Shown here piece after piece: positions 55,306 through 64,000 of a stretch of 64,000 nucleotides of DNA. The stretch spans positions 392,584,001-392,648,000 of the forward strand of contig OZ024741.1 of NCBI GenBank assembly GCA_964016885.1. The letters are read 5' to 3'. Below the pieces are notes generated by a model. It worked only from the letters and a program-made list of their open reading frames with translations. It did not search any database and was not told the DNA's origin. A program made the translations under genes and the position numbers. The stretch comes from Eledone cirrhosa. Taxonomy: Eukaryota. How positions within the stretch are numbered: position 1 is the stretch's first letter; each line of letters starts with the position of its first letter.

Positions 55306-55666
55306 ATATTAATAAATGGAAACTATATTTATAAAACCATATTTATTTTATTATATATATTTCAAGGGCAACCAAGGCAAATTATGGTGTGCTTTCATCA
55401 GATAAAATACAGATTTGTTTTATAAATAAATATTGACATACCCGAAAAAAAAAGATAACCTTAACGGTTGGAGCTTCCTTGAGATTGGAGACAATATTTT
55501 ATTGAAGGTAATACAAAGTTATGAGTGAGTATGCAAATGAATGATAAAACAAATCTGTATTTTATCTGATGAAAGCGCACCATAATTTGCCTTGGTTGCC
55601 CTTGAAATATATATAATAAAATAAATATTGTTTTATAAATATAGTTTCCATTTATTAATATATTGT
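55301..55666. repeat. Fold-back with about 122-bp arms; HHR at 55344-55409 (minus) and 55558-55623 (plus)
   Basis: tattttat-CTGATGA-aagcgcacc..ggttgccctt-GAAA-tatata-TA-ataaaata; related smaller fold-back at 54531-54665. Confidence 0.85.
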
Positions 55667-55824
55667 GTATTTACTCCACTAATTTGTTGAGTGCTTGTTG
55701 AATCCCAACAAATTAAATATAACCTCTGCATATATATATAACTTTTATTTATATTTTTTTTTGCCCGTTAAACTTTTGCCTTTCTTGAGGAGATTTTTCA
55801 AATATTTCACAGTGTTTTAAATTG

Positions 55825-55892
55825 CTTTGTCTGACGAACGAGTGAGAACGTTTCTTGTATTCGTCTTATTCAGGAAACCTCTGGTAATGAGG
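55825..55892 (+). ncRNA. Aged type I HHR
   Basis: ctttgt-CTGACGA-acgagtgagaacg..cgtcttattcag-GAAA-cctctgg-TA-atgagg; many G-U pairs. Confidence 0.5.
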
Positions 55893-55920
55893 TAATTATA
55901 TTGTATTGTTTATTATACAT

Positions 55921-55954
<34 letters not shown>

Positions 55955-55967
55955 TGTATATTTATAT

Positions 55968-57935
55968 ATTGTTATACTTTGGGAGGGTCATGTTGCCAAT
56001 AAGAAACACATGCACCAGTTGCTTTCACTCCAATTTATTATAAATTAAATTATAAATTTCCTGTTGGTTGGTTGGTTCCACAACCGGACGGTTGTTCATA
56101 TATTGTCAAAGTTCTTTCGTCACAAATTCTGTGACCTCATCAATGACCGGAGATTCTTTTCTTTGTCTTGTGCCCCTCCTTTGTTCTGTCCTACGCCATC
56201 TTGGTTTTGTGTGTGTTGTGTGCTTAGTTTGCGCATGTGTTACATCCGGGTGTCTGTGTGTGTTTTTATTTGTTTATTTATTTGTTTATTTACATGTTAC
56301 TAGTTAGTTGTTTGTTCTATGTGTGTGCGTTTTCATTTTGTTCTTAATTGTAAGTTGTGATGTTGCTATTCCATTCATGTTTTCTATTTAATTTTGGTTG
56401 GAGTTCATTTATGTTTATTGCCTCTGTGATTTGTCTAAACATTGCGTCTTTTCTGTGTGTAGATTTTATTTTTATTTCTATGTTCTCTAATTTGCCCTTA
56501 TTTTCTATTTTAGCATGCTGGTGGAGTAATGATGAGTCTTTTCTATCTTGAAGCTCTCACTAGTGTTCATTTAATCGTTCTCCTATGCTACGAGCTGTCT
56601 CACCTATGTACATTATATTCTTATCTTTACATTTATGTACATCTTATGCTATATACTATGTTTCTAGTTTTGCAGTTAATATGGGGGCTTAGTTTACAGA
56701 TTATGCATTTCTTATCTATACAGGGAGGTCTTTGAAAAGGGTATGTATTACTAATAAGTGTTTTTATGGAGGTACCTGGTCTTTCCACTATCTTAATATT
56801 TAGTTTAAGTTTATCTAGGGCCCTTCTAAATTTGTAAGCTAATTCACCTCTAGGGGTTGTATTGATGAACATTACACTCTGGTATTTATTGCTATCATAC
56901 CACGAGTTTATTCTATTAACCTTAATCCTAGTTCTTTCTATTCTATTCCAAAACTTGCTCCTATACAAGGGGCAGGTCCCATTTGTATCATTATTTACTA
57001 TTTTTTCCCATTTGGTTCTGGCTCCTCTATATACTCTGATTTTATCTCTCTGATTGTAACCAGAGAACTGCATACGGTGGATGAAGTGTTGTATGTGTCT
57101 CTCTAGTTCTTTGGGGTTGCACATGCGGGCCACGTTTCTCATCACCCGTACTAAATCCGCAATCAGTATGTTGATTTTGGTATGGTCCGAAACAACTGAG
57201 TTTCGGTGGATCAGGTATTTGGAAGTCATGGGTTTGGCATAATGGGAATGGAGGATTTGTTTTTTGTTATTAATGGTATCTAACCAGATCTCTGTGTCTA
57301 GTACAGGTAATCGATGGTTGGGGTGTTTGCTTGGGTAGTCTATAGTAACTTTAATACTCTGGTGGATTGAGTTAGCTATTTGCTGGATGCTTTCCATGAT
57401 GTTTTTCTCTAATTCCTGACTGTTCTCTAGTGGGGGTGTTTTTATTACGATGTTTATATCATCAACGTAGCGGGAGTACATAATCAGGGTTAAGAGGTTC
57501 TTGTCTTCGAATTGTTCTTTAAGTTTTTTGTCCAACCATACCAGGTTAGCTATGTCACCTGCAATACTAAAGCCAATGGCTGCTCCCTCCTCTTGGGCAT
57601 ATGTTTTTCCATTAAATTTGAACATATGTTCCTTAAGGGTTAGTTTTATACTGGCCCCCACTGCATGTGCAATCATTTTCTTTAGTTCATGATGGTTTTC
57701 AGGGACAATATATGAACAACTGTCCGGTTGTGGAACCAACCAACCAACCAATCAGCCAAGCGGAAATTTATAAATAATTTTAAATTTATAATTTAATTTA
57801 TAATAAATTTGGAGTGAAAGCAACTGGTGTGTGTGTGTTTCTTATTGGCAACATAACCCACCCAAAGTATAACAATATTGGTTTCAACACACGTTTTCAG
57901 ATAAAGAATCTTGCTAAACAAATTCAGAAACGAAA
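55968..57935 (-). mobile_element. PLE family A: 5'-truncated RT-GIY-YIG body (55968-57703, minus) with inverted pLTR (57704-57935, plus)
   Basis: QEEGAAIG, YSRYVDD, RLPVLD, RMQFSGY, VYSIRC..YIGETARS; HHR 56105-56147 with C3 changed to U; both ends in (TA)n. Confidence 0.93.
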
Positions 57936-57964
57936 TATATATATATATATAAATATATATATAT

Positions 57965-58366
57965 AACTTTGATAACATTGATGGGTTTCGGCCAGTATTG
58001 GCCCAGGCCATATCTAACTTAATAGCACCACCTGGCGAGGTCTTACAAATCAGTGTTTGGGCACCATGGCCCTCTCGAGCAGAGAATTATTGTTTACGGG
58101 GGCATATCTGGGTGTAGGAGGCTTATCCGGGATTTCTTGAATGAATTTATCCAAAGACTCCTTGAACTTGATGTGGTCTGTCTCTGCTTTGATGTGTCTT
58201 GGTGTAATGTTAAAGAGTGCAGGGCCAATTGAGGTGAAATAATTGTGCCGTATTGTTGTTATGCGATGCGAGTGAGATGTTTGTCGTGGGTGGATAACAC
58301 GGCGCCCAAGCCATGGGTGTACATTAAAGGTGATGCTAACATCATTTGGGCAAAGCTGATGGAATA
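57965..58366 (-). mobile_element. CR1/L2-group LINE 3' fragment
   Basis: [14 protein letters not shown]....[17 protein letters not shown]. Confidence 0.7.
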
Positions 58367-58429
58367 TTATATATATATATATAAATATACATTTATATAT
58401 ATATATATAAATATACATATATGTATATT

Positions 58430-58465
<36 letters not shown>

Positions 58466-58593
58466 TACATATATGTATATATATATATATATATATATAA
58501 ATATACATATAAATATACATATATGTATATATATATATATATATATATAAATATACATATATGTATATATATATATATATATATAAATATACA

Positions 58594-58639
<46 letters not shown>

Positions 58640-58713
58640 TACATATATGTATATATATATATATATATATAAATATACATATATGTATATATATATATAT
58701 ATATAAATATACA

Positions 58714-58758
<45 letters not shown>

Positions 58759-58794
58759 TTATATATATATATATATAAATATATATATATATAA

Positions 58795-59170
58795 ATGGAG
58801 GCACATGGCTTAGTGGTTAGAGCATTGGATGGAGGCACATGGCTTAGTGGTTAGAGCATTGGCCTTGCAATCAAAAGGTTGTGAGTTCAATTCTCAGACC
58901 GGGTGATGTGTTGTTTCCTTGAGCAAGACACTTTATTCACAATGCTCCAGTTTACTCAGCTGTAGAAATGAGATGATAGGAACTGGGATCCATATCATTC
59001 CACTGCAAAGTGGTTGTGGAGATGCCACGGCAAAAAAGCACCCAGCACTCACTGTAAATGAGGTTGGTGTTAGGAAGAGCATCCAGCTGTAGAAATCAAG
59101 CCAGAATCAGTTCCCGTCCCACCCTTGTAAGCAGGGAAAAAGCGGACGTTAAATGAAATGATGATGAAAT
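58795..59170 (+). mobile_element. tRNA-derived SINE family B (also 60937-61252 and 63296-63643)
   Basis: A box TGGCTTAGTGG, B box GAGTTCAATTC, ccttgagcaagacacttt core, RTE-like 3' tail plus (tga)n. Confidence 0.9.
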
Positions 59171-59210
59171 GATAATAAATATACATATATGTATATTTAT
59201 ATATATATAT

Positions 59211-59408
59211 ATAGGAACAAGTAAGACCCCGACGGCTGAGCTCAAGCCGTTTCGACGGCTAATTCTGGACGTCCAGAATTAGCCGTCGAAACGGCTTGAG
59301 CTCAGCCGTCGGGGTCTTACTTGTTCCTATTACCCACTCTACTACCCTAAGTATTGAGTACTTTGGTGCGTTATGGTCTACATGGTTCCTTACCACATTT
59401 CCTTCGTT
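59211..59408 (+). mobile_element. Perfect 120-bp palindrome (59211-59330) holding the 3' half of an HHR, plus pLTR-like tail
   Basis: Centre ggac|gtcc; right arm GAAAC-ggct-tgagctc-agcc-GTC-gggg. Confidence 0.85.
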
Positions 59409-59577
59409 ATATATATATATTTATATAAATATACATATATGTATATTTATATATATATATATATAAATATATGTATATTTTTATATATATATATATATAT
59501 ATATGCTAGCATGGAAGAACGGACGTAAAACGGTGATGATGATGATGATGATGATGATATATATAAATATATGTATA

Positions 59578-59629
<52 letters not shown>

Positions 59630-59953
59630 TACATATATATGCATATTGCCCTACGGTTCTTATATATTTGATATATATTTATCCTTATCGTGCCCTCTTT
59701 GGATTTTAGTCTTCAAATTTATTATTATTACTATATATATATATACATATATATACATATATAAATATACATATATGTATCTTTATATATATATATATAT
59801 ATAAATATACATATATGTGTATTTATATATATATATATAAATATACATATATGTGTATTTATATATATATATATATAAATATACATATATGTATGTATAT
59901 ATATATATATATATACATATATGTATATATATATATATATATATACATATATG

Positions 59954-59984
<31 letters not shown>

Positions 59985-59985
59985 G

Positions 59986-60016
<31 letters not shown>

Positions 60017-60017
60017 G

Positions 60018-60048
<31 letters not shown>

Positions 60049-60079
60049 GTATATATATATATATATATATACATATATG

Positions 60080-60110
<31 letters not shown>

Positions 60111-60198
60111 GTATATATATATATATATATATATACATATATGTATATATATATATATATATATACATATATGTATATATATATATATATATATACAT

Positions 60199-60636
60199 AT
60201 ATAAGATCAAAAGATGGTTAAAGGAGTTCAATATATTTTATTATGCGCATTTCAAAAACAAACATCATCAAACAATAATATTTGTGTTTTCATCAGATAA
60301 AACAGGAGAACATGATATGAAGGCTAAAAAAACACTTGTTGATAGTGCAGTTTTAAATCAACATATGATTGATTTAAATGATATGTTGATTTAAAACTGC
60401 ACTATCAACAAGTGTTTTTTTAGCCTTCATATCATGTTCTCCTGTTTTATCTGATGAAAACACAAATATTATTGTTTGATGATGTTTGTTTTTGAAATGC
60501 GCATAATAAAATATATTGAACTCCTTTAACCATCTTTTGATCTTATATTATGCATACTCCAGTCCCACAAACTGTAGAGTGCTTCTTATCCGATATCTGC
60601 ATTGCTTTATTGTACTACAATAAAACTCACCTCCTA
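60199..60636. repeat. Fold-back with 168-bp arms and 14-bp spacer; HHR at 60236-60302 (minus) and 60445-60511 (plus)
   Basis: ttttat-CTGATGA-aaacacaaatatta..tgatgtttgttttt-GAAA-tgcgca-TA-ataaaa. Confidence 0.9.
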
Positions 60637-60652
60637 CATATATATACATATA

Positions 60653-60694
<42 letters not shown>

Positions 60695-60728
60695 CATATA
60701 TGTATATATATATATATATATACATATA

Positions 60729-60764
<36 letters not shown>

Positions 60765-60776
60765 CATATATGTATA

Positions 60777-60810
<34 letters not shown>

Positions 60811-60826
60811 CATATATGTATATACA

Positions 60827-60872
<46 letters not shown>

Positions 60873-60874
60873 AA

Positions 60875-60936
<62 letters not shown>

Positions 60937-61255
60937 GAGGCACATGGCTTAGTGGTTAGAGCATTGACCTTGCAATCGAAAGGTTGTGAGTTCAATTCTT
61001 AGACCGGGTGATGTGTTGTTTCCTTGAGCAAGACACTTTATTTCACATTGCTCCAGTTTACTCAGCTGTAGAAATGAGATGATAGGGACTGGGATCCATA
61101 TCATTCCACTGCAAAGTGGTCGTGGAGGTGCCACGGCAAAAAAGCACCCAGCACTCACTGAGGTTGGTGTTAGGAAGGGCATCCAGAATCAGTTCCCGTC
61201 CCACCCTTGCAAGCAGTGAAAAAGTGGACGTAAAATGAAATGATGATGATGATAT

Positions 61256-61288
<33 letters not shown>

Positions 61289-61936
61289 AATATACATATA
61301 TGTTCATTTATATATATAAATATATGTATATATAAATATATATTTGATATATATTTATATATTTGATATATATTTATCCTTATCGAGCCCTCTTTGGATT
61401 TAGTCTTCAAATTTATTATTATTACTATATATATATATATATATATATATTAAGGATACTATTTATGGTTATGTATATAATAAAACCTTTTATAGTTATA
61501 TATATTTTAAACCCTAAATAGTGAAAGACTGTAATTAATTACTATCTTATTACCAGTAAGATAAATAGCTCAATGTAACAACATCAATATATTTATATAT
61601 AAATATATATATAAATTATATATGTATATATATAAATTATATATATATATATCAATTATATATGTATATATATATATATAAATTATATATATATAATTAT
61701 ATATATATATATATATAAATTATATATATATATATAAATTATGTATATATGTAGAGAACAAAACGTTGAATAATGCTGCTAATTTTAGTGGCAATATCAA
61801 CATGTTTATAATATACAGCTATTATCTGCGACCTGATTTTGCATGTGTGTCATTTTAATGGCTTGACCGCATGCGTTGGGCAGAAAGCAAATTATTTACT
61901 TACTATGGGGCTTGCAACCTTATGGTGTGGAAATAG

Positions 61937-62017
61937 GCTGTCTGAAGATTCATTTCTTTCCATTGGAAATTCTCTGGATTTCCAATCTTTCGGAATGATG
62001 AAACCGTCGGTAACAGC
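61937..62017 (+). ncRNA. Type I HHR with long stem II, in an approximately 345-bp insert within (TA)n
   Basis: gctgt-CTGAAGA-ttcatttc..attggaaatt/gatttccaat..ggaatgat-GAAA-ccgtcgg-TA-acagc. Confidence 0.85.
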
Positions 62018-62091
62018 AATGGAACAGGTGATTATTTGAATCGTTTTTTAATTTATTTAGAAAATTGTTTAATAACCGCTTGCTTCGCTAC

Positions 62092-62126
<35 letters not shown>

Positions 62127-62135
62127 TATATATAT

Positions 62136-62182
<47 letters not shown>

Positions 62183-62205
62183 TATATATATATAAATTAT
62201 ATATA

Positions 62206-62684
<479 letters not shown>

Positions 62685-62754
62685 TATATAAATATGTATA
62701 TATAAATAAATGTAAGTATGTATACGTACATAGATATATGTATAGAGAGGTACA

Positions 62755-63250
62755 GTAGTATGTATATATATACATACTACTGTACGTCTGTATAGATATA
62801 TGTATGTACATATACATACTTATATTTAAGTAACAGCTGTACTAAGAGCGAGAAATGAAATTTCGTTTAATTTTTTTCCATTTATCATTTTCGGTGCACG
62901 TGGCCGATTAACTCACTCGATATGCAAATTAGGCTGCTCAGCCGTTAATATACATACGGAAAGTATATACTTTCAGACGTTCAATCATCTGGCAGGAAGG
63001 TATTCGGTGCTGACGATAGTTAATAAGCTTGAAACTAGTACATCGTTCCTTTGTCAGTGTTGAACAAAAGGGCAACGACGGTTGCTAGACACTACGGCTT
63101 AATTCGGGATTTTTGTTTACAAACAAACCGAGCATTATAATAAATGCTCGGTAAATCCATACGTACATATATATATGTGTGCATGTATGTATATAGATAC
63201 ATACTACTGTACGTCTGTATACATATATGATTGTACATATACATACTTAT
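62755..63250 (+). mobile_element. Diverged partial-tandem copy of the 466-bp family; HHR at 63005-63045
   Basis: cggtg-CTGACGA-t-agtt-aata-agct-t-GAAA-ctag-TA-catcg; catactactgtacgtctgtat recurs at 62773 and 63200. Confidence 0.85.
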
Positions 63251-63889
63251 ATTACTATACATATATATATATATACATATACATATATACATTTATGGAA
63301 GCACATGGCTTAGTGGTTAGAGCATTGGCCTTGCAATCAAAAGGTTGTGAGTTCAATTCTCAGACCGGGTGATGTGTTGTTTCCTTGAGCAAGACACTTT
63401 ATTTCACATTGCTCCAGTTTACTCAGCTGTAGAAATGAGATGATAGGGACTGGGGTCCATATCATTCCACTACAAAGTGGTTGTGGAGGTGCCACGGCAA
63501 AAAAGCACCCAGCACTCACTGTAAATGAGGTTGGTGTTAGGAAGGGCATCCAGCTGTAGAAATCAAGCCAGAATCAGTTCCCGTCCCACCCTTGCAAGCA
63601 GGGAAAAAGCGGACTTAAAACGAAATGATGATGATGATGATGATATATATATACATATATATATACATATATATATATACATATATATATATACATATAT
63701 ATATATACATATATATATATACATATATATATATACATATATATATATACATTTATTTATATACATATACATATATATATATACATATATATATACATAT
63801 ATATATGCATATATATATACATATATATATGCTTATATATATATATATACATATATATATGCATATATATATACATATATATATGCATA

Positions 63890-63921
<32 letters not shown>

Positions 63922-63947
63922 CATATATATACATATATATATGCATA

Positions 63948-63979
<32 letters not shown>

Positions 63980-64000
63980 CATATATATACATATATATAT

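Noticed and set aside
56555-56640. Selenocysteine or programmed readthrough in the PLE endonuclease
   Set aside because: The TGA follows a TAG and an upstream frameshift, and family B has Trp-Gly at this position. Simple decay is more likely.
58795-58900. tRNA genes at SINE heads
   Set aside because: A and B boxes are present, but there is no acceptor-stem closure and the sequence continues into SINE core and tail.
24577-60548. All fold-backs as sequencing chimeras
   Set aside because: Several have diverged arms or later insertions in one arm. Only the perfect ones at 59.2 and 60.2 kb still need read-level confirmation.
61898-62040. Possible upstream RyR exon ending at a minus-strand GTAAGT
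   Set aside because: No frame resembles RyR, and the region is explained by a plus-strand HHR insert.

Overview
AT-rich, microsatellite-dense animal genomic DNA, probably a coleoid cephalopod such as Octopus, inferred from the SINE/RTE repertoire and (TA)n density. The only host gene is a ryanodine receptor on the minus strand. I traced 13 consecutive GT-AG exons (22878 down to 1712) with matching phases, encoding part of the N-terminal region. I found no further exon in 22.9-64 kb, so that stretch is probably one very large intron. The introns hold RTE, CR1/L2, CRE, Gypsy and hAT relics, tRNA-derived SINEs, a 20 x 44-bp minisatellite and Penelope-like elements (PLEs). The main result is a dense set of hammerhead ribozyme (HHR) retroelements, mostly in (TA)n tracts. 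About 18 type I HHR motifs from roughly 8 sequence families are present, plus several half-ribozymes. They include a 4 x 466-bp retrozyme-like array, fold-back insertions centred on HHR stem II, and two inverted PLE ends that begin at the predicted HHR cleavage site. All structures were read by eye; none was computed or searched.
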